A DNA stretch of 49,221 nucleotides, taken from positions 1 through 49,221 of IMG/VR virus record IMGVR_UViG_3300037470_000364; one strand, given 5' to 3'. Position 1 is the stretch's first letter. The number at the start of each line of letters is the position of its first letter. The position numbers and the translations under genes were made by a program. Source of the stretch: a virus (lineage: Duplodnaviria > Caudoviricetes). Below, piece after piece: positions 8,184-15,763 of the stretch. The notes beneath the pieces were generated by a model that was given only the letters and a program-made list of their open reading frames with translations, was not told the origin of the DNA and did no database searches.

Positions 8184-8569
8184 CACTAACCAAGACACCA
8201 GAACTGAGCCCTCGCATCATCGAGGAAATCGAACGGACGACCGACCCAGTATTGGAACGGCTGAGGCTCGGCAGGGACAGGATAGCCAATGGCTGGTGCA
8301 AGGGCATAGTCTTCCGCGATGGAAGCTACTGTGCCAGGGGTGCGGTGTTCCCCGATGCGGCCAATGACCCAGCCCTCACAGACCAAGTGGCGGTTGCCTG
8401 CGAGGCCGCGCTGCTTGCCGCCGTGCCCCCGTCGTATGTGCCCCACAGCGTTTGGGTGGAAATGGTGGCGTACCGCCACGTAGGATTCAACAACCACCCC
8501 GACACGACCCAGGCTGACGTCGTTGCGCTCTTCGACAGGGCCATTGCAAAGAGGGAGTCGGAACTGTGA
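8180..8569 (+). CDS. DUF6197-like phage protein
   Basis: GWCKG...GSYCARGA...FNNHPDTTQADVVALFDRAI. Confidence 0.7.
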   Translation: MTLTKTPELSPRIIEEIERTTDPVLERLRLGRDRIANGWCKGIVFRDGSYCARGAVFPDAANDPALTDQVAVACEAALLAAVPPSYVPHSVWVEMVAYRHVGFNNHPDTTQADVVALFDRAIAKRESEL

Positions 8570-8615
8570 ACGCCCTCCTCCTGCTCGCCATAGTGCAGAC
8601 CTACGGGGGTTCGCT

Positions 8616-9665
8616 GTGAAAGCCTTTTGGGACTTTCTGGCGAGCCTGTTCAAGAAGCGCAAACGGGTGTTACGGATTGACTGGGCCAAGTACCCTTGGA
8701 ACAACCCGACCATACCTAGGTTGGTGCTGCGAGTGGACGGCTTCATTCCTGTCCCGTTGGCGAACCACTACCTCAACGTCTCAGGCTACGACCTGATCGA
8801 GTTCACCGGGAAGACGGTGTGCGCGGAGCCCGTCGTCTATGACGGTGCGGACGATGGCAGCGTGGTCTGGCACTACATCAGGGTGATTGACCCGTCGGAC
8901 GGCAAGACCAAGCCCTATACCGACCATTACGGGTACGTGCTACCGAGGGACGCGCTCTGGTCGGAACTGCTCGTCAAGTCCACGATCCCAGGAATCGCGG
9001 CTGACGGGATTGACGAGAACGGAGACGCCTTCCCTCAAGTCTCTCTACAGAGCACCGTCCTGGTCTGTTGCGGGCTGACTAAAAAGGAGGTCAGGAACAT
9101 CGAGGCCGACCACGCGCCGTCTAACGTTCTGCACTACCTCGACTGCTTCGACTGCACCTTCAGGGTGTCAGGAAAGGACTCAGGAAGGGTGAGGACGACC
9201 GTAGACTTAGGAGCCGTGAGGTCTGAGAGGTCTGGCGGGAACCGGGTCATATGCAACGGGCTTGAATCACGGGGAGTAGTGTTCCGAGCGGACAAGTCGG
9301 TGGGGATTGACTCAGTCGAAGGGACTTGTGTCGGCGGATCGCTACTGAGGGACATCGGCCTGGTGGACACGTATGGCGGCGGACGGGTGAGGGTCAAGCG
9401 GAACTTCACCGCCTACCGGGGGAAGGGAATGGACGGCCCGCTGTTCGTCGCTGGAGCCTACTTCGATGCAGAGTCCGGCCCTTGTGTGATCGAGAGCGGA
9501 GCGGAGTTCATGGGCGACCTGGACTTCGGAGTGGCGGTGTTCGGTTCCGAAGGCCATAGGATCGGGCTCTTCGAGACGCACGCGCCCCAGGACGTGGAGT
9601 TCGTGTCCACTACGGAGCAAGGGACTACTGTCCTCGACCCGAGGCTGACTACGGAGACGCTATGA
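8616..9665 (+). CDS. hypothetical beta-rich protein, possible beta-helix C-terminal half
   Basis: 349-aa ORF from GTG 8616; Gly/Val/Asp-rich short strands. Confidence 0.6.
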   Translation: MKAFWDFLASLFKKRKRVLRIDWAKYPWNNPTIPRLVLRVDGFIPVPLANHYLNVSGYDLIEFTGKTVCAEPVVYDGADDGSVVWHYIRVIDPSDGKTKPYTDHYGYVLPRDALWSELLVKSTIPGIAADGIDENGDAFPQVSLQSTVLVCCGLTKKEVRNIEADHAPSNVLHYLDCFDCTFRVSGKDSGRVRTTVDLGAVRSERSGGNRVICNGLESRGVVFRADKSVGIDSVEGTCVGGSLLRDIGLVDTYGGGRVRVKRNFTAYRGKGMDGPLFVAGAYFDAESGPCVIESGAEFMGDLDFGVAVFGSEGHRIGLFETHAPQDVEFVSTTEQGTTVLDPRLTTETL

Positions 9666-9832
9666 AGATTGAACTGAATGAGACCTGCGGGTTTATCGCC
9701 GCCGCCTTAGCCGCAGGGTGGGCTATAGCGAGCATGGCTTCGTGTGAGGCAACCGCCAAGATCGAGCACACGCGCCAAGCTGAGATTGAACTGAGAGAGA
9801 AGCAATGGGCGGCACCCAAGGAGACGCCATGA
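9662..9832 (+). CDS. small membrane protein (56 aa)
   Basis: ATGA-coupled at both ends, hydrophobic core; not in ORF track. Confidence 0.55.
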   Translation: MKIELNETCGFIAAALAAGWAIASMASCEATAKIEHTRQAEIELREKQWAAPKETP

Positions 9833-10221
9833 ACACCACAGACCCTATGGACTATTGCGAGTACGCGGCGGTCGAGATTCTTGGCGGTGCGCTCAGGGGT
9901 TATGGCGAGTATTCAGCCAATGCGTACAAGTGGCCGAACGACTCTGGCGAGCGCGGCGTCGGGTGGGAGTTTGTGGCGAGTTGGAGGCCTGACACAAATC
10001 GCAACCAGCTTTGGCTCGTGCTTGAGAAGCTCGACCAGGACTTGATAACTGACGCGGCAAACGCCCTGTACCCTACGCTTCCTGGGAACTATCTATGGCT
10101 AGCACGACTCGGATCGCTCGGAGCGTTCTTCCACGTCTGCATGGAACACCCCGCGCTCGCCCTAAAAGCTCTCTGCGACAGTCACAAGTCTATGACGCTC
10201 GCACCAGAGGAGGCCAAGTGA
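9829..10221 (+). CDS. hypothetical phage protein
   Basis: SD AAGGAG; WRPDTNRNQLWLVLEKL motif. Confidence 0.65.
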   Translation: MNTTDPMDYCEYAAVEILGGALRGYGEYSANAYKWPNDSGERGVGWEFVASWRPDTNRNQLWLVLEKLDQDLITDAANALYPTLPGNYLWLARLGSLGAFFHVCMEHPALALKALCDSHKSMTLAPEEAK

Positions 10222-10568
10222 AAGACCTGCTGACGCGCCTCGCACTTGTGATGCCGGAGAACTGGCGGCTTGTGCTCGGGGACGGGCGGGTAACGGCTGA
10301 CTTTATCTTCTTCGAAAGCGAGCGAGTCAGAGACACCTACGAACTGGGCAGGCGCACCGAGGTCGGCCTTGCGCCGCTAACGGCCCTGCTCAAGCAGTCG
10401 CTCGCCACAGAATACGGCGGAGTTCAGACACATTGTGAGAAGGGCCTGTGGAACGCACAGTACATCATAGACCACAACGAGAACCTGTGGCTAGAGACTG
10501 AAAGAAGCTCGCTGTCAGAGTTCGAGGCCGTCTGCGCCGCGTACCTGGCGACCAAGGAGGCCAAGTGA
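10218..10568 (+). CDS. hypothetical protein
   Basis: GTG after AGGAGG. Confidence 0.65.
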   Translation: MKDLLTRLALVMPENWRLVLGDGRVTADFIFFESERVRDTYELGRRTEVGLAPLTALLKQSLATEYGGVQTHCEKGLWNAQYIIDHNENLWLETERSSLSEFEAVCAAYLATKEAK

Positions 10569-10744
10569 AGCGGTTAGAGGTAGACCCGTTCGGCAAAGTA
10601 AGCGAGCGGCCCAAGTGTCCCTATTGTGGGCGACCGATGGGCTGGTGGGCGGTCGCAAACATGGCACACATGAGGAACTGTAAAGATACCCACGATCTAC
10701 AGGACGAACTCGCCAAACGACAGGGAGGGCAGGAAGATGAGTGA
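10565..10744 (+). CDS. small zinc-finger-like protein (59 aa)
   Basis: CPYCG...H..C; GTG after AGGAGG; not in ORF track. Confidence 0.55.
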   Translation: MKRLEVDPFGKVSERPKCPYCGRPMGWWAVANMAHMRNCKDTHDLQDELAKRQGGQEDE

Positions 10745-11060
10745 ACTTACCAACGCTGAGGCCCTGCTGCTGGCGCAGTTCACGAAACGCCTTAGCGACG
10801 ACGGACAGTTGATCGAGGCTGGTTGGCAAGGAATGAAGGCGATGGTTCTACGGGACGCGCCGGAGGTTCAGGTGCGAGAGATGCGAAAGGCGTTCTTCTC
10901 GGGAGCCCAGCACTTGTTCGCCAGCATCGCGGGCTTTCTCGAAGAAGGCGACGAGCCGACCGCGAACGACATGCGCCGCATGGAGATGATACACGTCGAG
11001 CTTGAGGCGTTCGTGGATTCCCTGAAGCGAGAGGCGAAAGGAATGAGTGATCCAATATGA
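10737..11060 (+). CDS. conserved hypothetical phage protein
   Basis: APEVQVREMRKAFFSGA motif. Confidence 0.7.
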   Translation: MSELTNAEALLLAQFTKRLSDDGQLIEAGWQGMKAMVLRDAPEVQVREMRKAFFSGAQHLFASIAGFLEEGDEPTANDMRRMEMIHVELEAFVDSLKREAKGMSDPI

Positions 11061-11521
11061 ACACAGAGACATTTGAAATCCGCGAAGTGACGAACGAAGA
11101 ACTGGCCCTGCTGAACCGCGACAAGCCCAACCTGTGGGTTCCCATCGAGAACAAGGAGTTCGCCCGCGTTCTACGCAAACTTAGCAAGAAGGAGCGAAAG
11201 GTCGTCATGTCGCAAGTCGAACAGGCTCGCCAAGTAAAAGCCCACGTCATAGAGCAAGAAGGACTGAGGAAGGAGGTAGAGCAGGAGCACACAATCCTGT
11301 GTGGGTTGTTGGTAGATGCCGTTAGCGCGCTCGGGTGCATACTCGTGGACTTCCAAGACGCCGCACCTATGTCCGCCGATGACGCCGTAAGCCGACTGGC
11401 TCTCGCCAACAAAAAGGCAAAACAGACCGTAGATGCCATTCATCCCGTGTTTCGAGAACTCTCAATCGCCTACGAACAACGGCAAGAAGCCATAGCCCTG
11501 ATTGAACGGATGGAGAAGTGA
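11057..11521 (+). CDS. hypothetical coiled-coil protein
   Basis: Coupled ORF. Confidence 0.6.
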   Translation: MNTETFEIREVTNEELALLNRDKPNLWVPIENKEFARVLRKLSKKERKVVMSQVEQARQVKAHVIEQEGLRKEVEQEHTILCGLLVDAVSALGCILVDFQDAAPMSADDAVSRLALANKKAKQTVDAIHPVFRELSIAYEQRQEAIALIERMEK

Positions 11522-11997
11522 AGATGGACTACAAAGACATGAGCATTGAAGACCTTGGAAACCAAGTATCGCTTGGCCTGCCGGAGTGTCCGTCGGCTTC
11601 CCACGGCGCACTAAGTGAACTCCTCTCACGCCTCACCCAAGGGCCACAAAAGGAGCTGGTGAAGGTGCATTTAGAGCGAGCCCTCGAAGCTGTCAGGCTG
11701 GTTCCCGAGTCAGGTAGTGACTTTGCCCTCGCCGCCAACCTGCTCGCCACAAAGCTCGCCATTGAGAACGCAATCGCCGCTAACGACACCAAAGAGGCTG
11801 AGACTAAATTAGCAGAGGGCGTTGTTTTAGCGAGCGATAACAAGGCTGACTTGCTGAGGCAGTTGGAGGCGGCACAGTCGGCGGTAACGGCGGCACTCAA
11901 TCACACCCACGACGCCAAGTGTATCTCACGTCTAGACGATGCTGAATGCTATCTGAATGACGCAATCGCCCTCCTTTCTGAGGGGGTGCAGGAGTGA
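11518..11997 (+). CDS. hypothetical helical protein
   Basis: Coupled ORF. Confidence 0.6.
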   Translation: MKMDYKDMSIEDLGNQVSLGLPECPSASHGALSELLSRLTQGPQKELVKVHLERALEAVRLVPESGSDFALAANLLATKLAIENAIAANDTKEAETKLAEGVVLASDNKADLLRQLEAAQSAVTAALNHTHDAKCISRLDDAECYLNDAIALLSEGVQE

Positions 11998-12311
11998 GCG
12001 TGAAGCCTATCCGCTGTGAGGTACCTAGCCGGACGGTCGGCGGGGGCAAGGTGTGGGAGAAAGCCGTCCTGTTCTCAGAGCACGAAGCAGAGGTCGCTCG
12101 CCTCAAGACAGAACACGAAGCCCAAGTAGACGGCCTGCTACAAGAGCGCGACGGACTGCAACGGGCGTTTGAGGAGTTGGCGAGCAAGTGCGGAATCAGT
12201 GGTAGCTATATCGCGCTGCCCAACGGCGTCAGAGAGGACACAGACCCGCTCACCCACGAACAAATCCGGCTCGCCCTGGAACGGCTCGCCAAAGAAAGGG
12301 GTGGAGCATGA
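11994..12311 (+). CDS. hypothetical protein
   Basis: Coupled ORF. Confidence 0.6.
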   Translation: MSVKPIRCEVPSRTVGGGKVWEKAVLFSEHEAEVARLKTEHEAQVDGLLQERDGLQRAFEELASKCGISGSYIALPNGVREDTDPLTHEQIRLALERLAKERGGA

Positions 12312-12598
12312 GCCTTAGCGAGCGGGTGGCCTGGGCGTTGGGATGGACGGTCTACGTCCGCACAGACCAGTCCATCGGTTACGATCCGCCTGATCGTTCG
12401 GTATCCAACGAAGGGCTCCCCGACCCTGGCTCAATCGAAGTGGTATGGCAGTTGAGGACGCTCGCTATCAAGAAGGACGGGAAAATGTTTGTGCGAGCCT
12501 TGTGCGCCCTAGCGGGCATCAACGAGTGTGCTAACGCCACGCTAGAGCAAATCAGAGAGGCCGCGCTACAGACCTTGGAAGCCAAGGGAGGAGGGTGA
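12308..12598 (+). CDS. hypothetical phage protein
   Basis: ERVAWALGW...NATLEQIREAAL motif. Confidence 0.6.
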   Translation: MSLSERVAWALGWTVYVRTDQSIGYDPPDRSVSNEGLPDPGSIEVVWQLRTLAIKKDGKMFVRALCALAGINECANATLEQIREAALQTLEAKGGG

Positions 12599-12599
12599 G

Positions 12600-12845
12600 A
12601 TGGCTGAGTACATTGAGTTTATCGAGCAGTTCAACACGGCCCGCAAAACGCGAGTGTGGCACGTCAGGAATAAGAAGCACGGCACCTTTATCGCGGTCGT
12701 GGGGTGGTACGGCGCGTGGCGGCAGTACGTTGCTGAGTTTCAACCGCTATGCGTCTTCTCGGCGGGGTGCCTCAAGGACATTCAGGAGTTCGTGGCGAAG
12801 GCGAACGCCGACCATAAGCGAGCAAAGGGGGAGGGCAATGGCTGA
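12600..12845 (+). CDS. conserved hypothetical phage protein
   Basis: KTRVW...WYGAWRQY...FSAGCLKDI motif; SD GGAGG. Confidence 0.65.
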   Translation: MAEYIEFIEQFNTARKTRVWHVRNKKHGTFIAVVGWYGAWRQYVAEFQPLCVFSAGCLKDIQEFVAKANADHKRAKGEGNG

Positions 12846-13086
12846 GAAAAGCGCGAAGCCGCTGATGTGCCAGCTCGCAATCAAGAACGCCCACGTCACG
12901 ACGTTCAAGGACGAAGGTGGGTTTTGCTACCGCCTCATGTTCTTCCCCGTGTTCTACACCGAGCCCAAGGACGGCAAGCGTTGGAAGTCCAGGTCGGGCG
13001 CGTACTCGGCGGGCAAAAGACTGTTACCGGAAGTCGTGGCGGAACTCAGACGAAAGTGGAAGCGGCACTTGAAAGGAGGGCCGTGA
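12838..13086 (+). CDS. hypothetical protein
   Basis: ATG after GGGAGGG. Confidence 0.55.
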   Translation: MAEKSAKPLMCQLAIKNAHVTTFKDEGGFCYRLMFFPVFYTEPKDGKRWKSRSGAYSAGKRLLPEVVAELRRKWKRHLKGGP

Positions 13087-13379
13087 AACTAGGGACGTGC
13101 GACCGGGAAGAGGCCAGAGGGCGATTGGGCTGTTCAGAGGCGTTCTTCAAAAGGCTCGCCTCAAAGCACGTCCTTGGCCCGGTAAAGGGGTATTACACGT
13201 TCCGGCTGCTGGAAAAAGCAATGAACGAGGAGGAAGAGCTTGCGCTCGCCAAAGGCACACCAGAGGAAGTCGGGGGCGTGGGAAGTGAAGTTCCCGGGGA
13301 TAGACGGGAGACGAAAGAGCTTCTACGGGCGTTCGGCGGAAGAGGCCGTAAGAAAGGCCCTCAGAGAGAGTCCGCTTGA
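13083..13379 (+). CDS. excisionase-like HTH protein
   Basis: DREEARGRLGCSEAFFKRL wHTH-like start directly upstream of and overlapping the integrase. Confidence 0.55.
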   Translation: MKLGTCDREEARGRLGCSEAFFKRLASKHVLGPVKGYYTFRLLEKAMNEEEELALAKGTPEEVGGVGSEVPGDRRETKELLRAFGGRGRKKGPQRESA

Positions 13380-14208
13380 GCTTGACCAGACCACTCTGTA
13401 CGGGTTCTACGCCCAGGTCTACCTCCCTTCGGTCTTACACTTGGCAGAAGGAACGCTGAGGGCGATCGGCGTGGCGATGGACCGCCATTGGCTCCCTTTG
13501 TTCGGGGACTGGCCTATCAAGCAGATCAAGCGAAGGGACGTCCAAGAAGCCTTGAACCGGCTCGCCCCAAAAGTCTCTTCCGGGACCCTTGCCCAGTACA
13601 AGTCCAAACTCGCCCAGGTCTTGGAACTGGCCGTAGCGGACGAACTTATAGCAAGCAACCCGGCCAAAGGAGCACGTACCCCCTACATAACCTACAAGGA
13701 AGTCGAACCACTCACCGCTTCAGAACTGTGGAACCTTCACCAATCAACCGAAGGAAGCCTGCGGAACGCGGTCATCCTGATGGGGTTCTTCGGGCTCAGA
13801 GTCGGTGAGGCTTGTGGAGTCACGGAACCGGTAAACGTCGTGAAACAATGGGGCGGGAAAGCTCTCAAGACACCGAGCAGCAGACGCAACCTCCCGGTAC
13901 CTAAAGAGTGTACGTTCGAGCCGCACGGGCCTCTTCTAGTTGGCCTCTCGCCACAAGCGGTGAGGGAACGGTTAAGGCCGTTCGGGGTGAACCCCCACAG
14001 GCTGAGGCACACGTTCAACACGCTTTTAGAGTGGGACCTTGAGTGCCCGAGGGCTGTAACGACCTATCTGATGGGCCACAAAGGCGGGACCGGTGAGACG
14101 TACTCCCACCGGAAACCGGAAGTGCTAAGATCGTGGCTGTCCCGATATTGGAACCACGTGTCTACGCAATCGGTCGTACAAATCGTCGTAAACTCGGACA
14201 AAAGCTAG
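13240..14208 (+). CDS. int: tyrosine integrase
   Basis: Arm-binding N-terminus (GRRKSFYG), GLRVGEA, K(TPSSRR), HRLRH, LMGH and Y catalytic set. Confidence 0.93.
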   Translation: MRSPKAHQRKSGAWEVKFPGIDGRRKSFYGRSAEEAVRKALRESPLELDQTTLYGFYAQVYLPSVLHLAEGTLRAIGVAMDRHWLPLFGDWPIKQIKRRDVQEALNRLAPKVSSGTLAQYKSKLAQVLELAVADELIASNPAKGARTPYITYKEVEPLTASELWNLHQSTEGSLRNAVILMGFFGLRVGEACGVTEPVNVVKQWGGKALKTPSSRRNLPVPKECTFEPHGPLLVGLSPQAVRERLRPFGVNPHRLRHTFNTLLEWDLECPRAVTTYLMGHKGGTGETYSHRKPEVLRSWLSRYWNHVSTQSVVQIVVNSDKS

Positions 14209-14365
14209 GCTCGTTTGAACCTAAGCTTCAGAGGACAACGGAGAAACTTACCGTCTACCTGAAGACGCTCGCCCACAAGTAGAACCCGCATGGTAAGAGA
14301 GACCCTTCCGCACACTAAGGGAGACCTTGTGTCGTCATGCCTGTCGTACAGAAAAGGTAGACGAA
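14160..14365. other. putative attP region
   Basis: Mostly non-coding gap after int, with paired GTCGT(A/C) arm-like repeats at 14173/14185 and 14331/14343. Confidence 0.5.
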
Positions 14366-14387
14366 ATGCCACTCCGGCAATGAAGGG

Positions 14388-14939
14388 CTAACCGGCCCCG
14401 AGCAGGGGAAGGTGCGGGAACGACGCTGCCTCGGTGTAGTGCACGTTGATCTGGATGTAGTCCACCGCCGCAGTCTCGATGGTGCCGAGACTGCCGTCCC
14501 ACGTCGCCTCCAGCCTGACCCCGAACGTGTCCGAGTTCACGATCTCGGCAGTCAGCGCCGCACCCCAATCGTCCGAGTCCGAACCTCGGGTCACGGCGAC
14601 CACCGAGCCAGTCCAGTTGGACGGGTCGGTGTCCACGGTCCCGAGCACCGAACCGCCCTCCGCGAGCTGTAGGTCCGTGGACGTCACCTCCGGCCCTGGA
14701 GCCCCCCCGTCCGGAAGGACCCGCTCGTACTTGACCTCGATGAAGATGTCTGTCGCCCCGGACGGTATGGAGAACCCGTACAGGTCCGCGAACAGCGAGT
14801 CCGACTGCGAAGACGCGCCGAACAAGGTTGAAGCATTGGTGGCGTCGTCAGCCGTGACGTTCCCGGGGTCGGTCCATTCGTTGCTCCCTGTGTTGATGGA
14901 CGCGCCCCTGCCGGGGAGGGTGAAGCCGGTACTAGCCAT
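14388..14939 (-). CDS. putative virion (tail-associated) beta-rich protein
   Basis: Last gene of the structural operon; acidic, Thr/Ser/Gly-rich. Confidence 0.6.
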   Translation of the reverse strand: MASTGFTLPGRGASINTGSNEWTDPGNVTADDATNASTLFGASSQSDSLFADLYGFSIPSGATDIFIEVKYERVLPDGGAPGPEVTSTDLQLAEGGSVLGTVDTDPSNWTGSVVAVTRGSDSDDWGAALTAEIVNSDTFGVRLEATWDGSLGTIETAAVDYIQINVHYTEAASFPHLPLLGAG

Positions 14940-15710
14940 TTAGGCCACCGAAATCACGGCATAGGTAAGCCACCCATCAACGTCCCCGCCCGTGATGTCC
15001 ACTTCCAGGTCCTTGTTCGTCGCCAGCTTCCAGATAGGCATGGCGAAGTTCCCGCTAGGAGGTACCGCCATCCCCCCGTACTGGATGAACTCCATGATCC
15101 CCGAAAGGGCTGTGTCGTCCTCGTCTTGGAAACTGACGGTCTGGCCCGCCGCGTCGCCTACCGTGAAGCCGAACCCGTAGACCCATATCTGCTTGTCCGC
15201 CGCTGAAGAAGCCAGCACCTGGTCGGCACCTGTGGTAAGGTTGATGGCCTTGAACGTGTAAGAGTCAATCACCGGGTCGCCTGGGCCGATGATTGCGTCG
15301 GGATGGGTGACGGTCACTTCGAGGTCGTCGCCAGCGGCTGACCTGATCTCCTCTACTGTGTCGGGGTTGAGGCAGTACGAGACCGTGCCTGACCCGACTG
15401 TCCGTCGGAACCGTCCGTACCTGCAGCCTGTGAGGCAGGCGTGTAGCGTGTCGTCGTCCGTGGGGGTGATGGTCGCACCGGGCGCGTTCTCCGTCACACC
15501 CGAGGTGTTCATGTAGATCGCCGGGATCGGGAACCAGTCTACGGTTATGCTCCCGTCTTCGAGGTCGTCCATCGTCCCTTCAAAGACTCCTGCCAAAGAC
15601 GAAGTCGCGGTGACGTGCATGGACAGAGTTGGGAACTCCGACGCCAGCACGGTCAGGTTGTTGCTACCGTCTACCGTCTTTCCTGTGATGAATGTCTTTC
15701 TGCTGCTCAT
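14940..15710 (-). CDS. putative virion protein, two modules
   Basis: Abuts both neighbours; beta-rich composition. Confidence 0.6.
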   Translation of the reverse strand: MSSRKTFITGKTVDGSNNLTVLASEFPTLSMHVTATSSLAGVFEGTMDDLEDGSITVDWFPIPAIYMNTSGVTENAPGATITPTDDDTLHACLTGCRYGRFRRTVGSGTVSYCLNPDTVEEIRSAAGDDLEVTVTHPDAIIGPGDPVIDSYTFKAINLTTGADQVLASSAADKQIWVYGFGFTVGDAAGQTVSFQDEDDTALSGIMEFIQYGGMAVPPSGNFAMPIWKLATNKDLEVDITGGDVDGWLTYAVISVA

Positions 15711-15763
15711 TTATCTTCCTTTGCGGTATGCCTCGACCGCCGCTTTCCTTTCTTCGTCCGTCA
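15702..15763. repeat. 62-bp direct repeat, copy 1 (copy 2 at 18921-18982)
   Basis: 61/62 identity; the single difference is synonymous TAC/TAT. Confidence 0.95.

Noticed and set aside
14289-14297. CATGGTAAG as a tRNA-Thr(GGT) anticodon-loop att core
   Set aside because: Flanking sequence does not continue as a tRNA 3' half; too short to support
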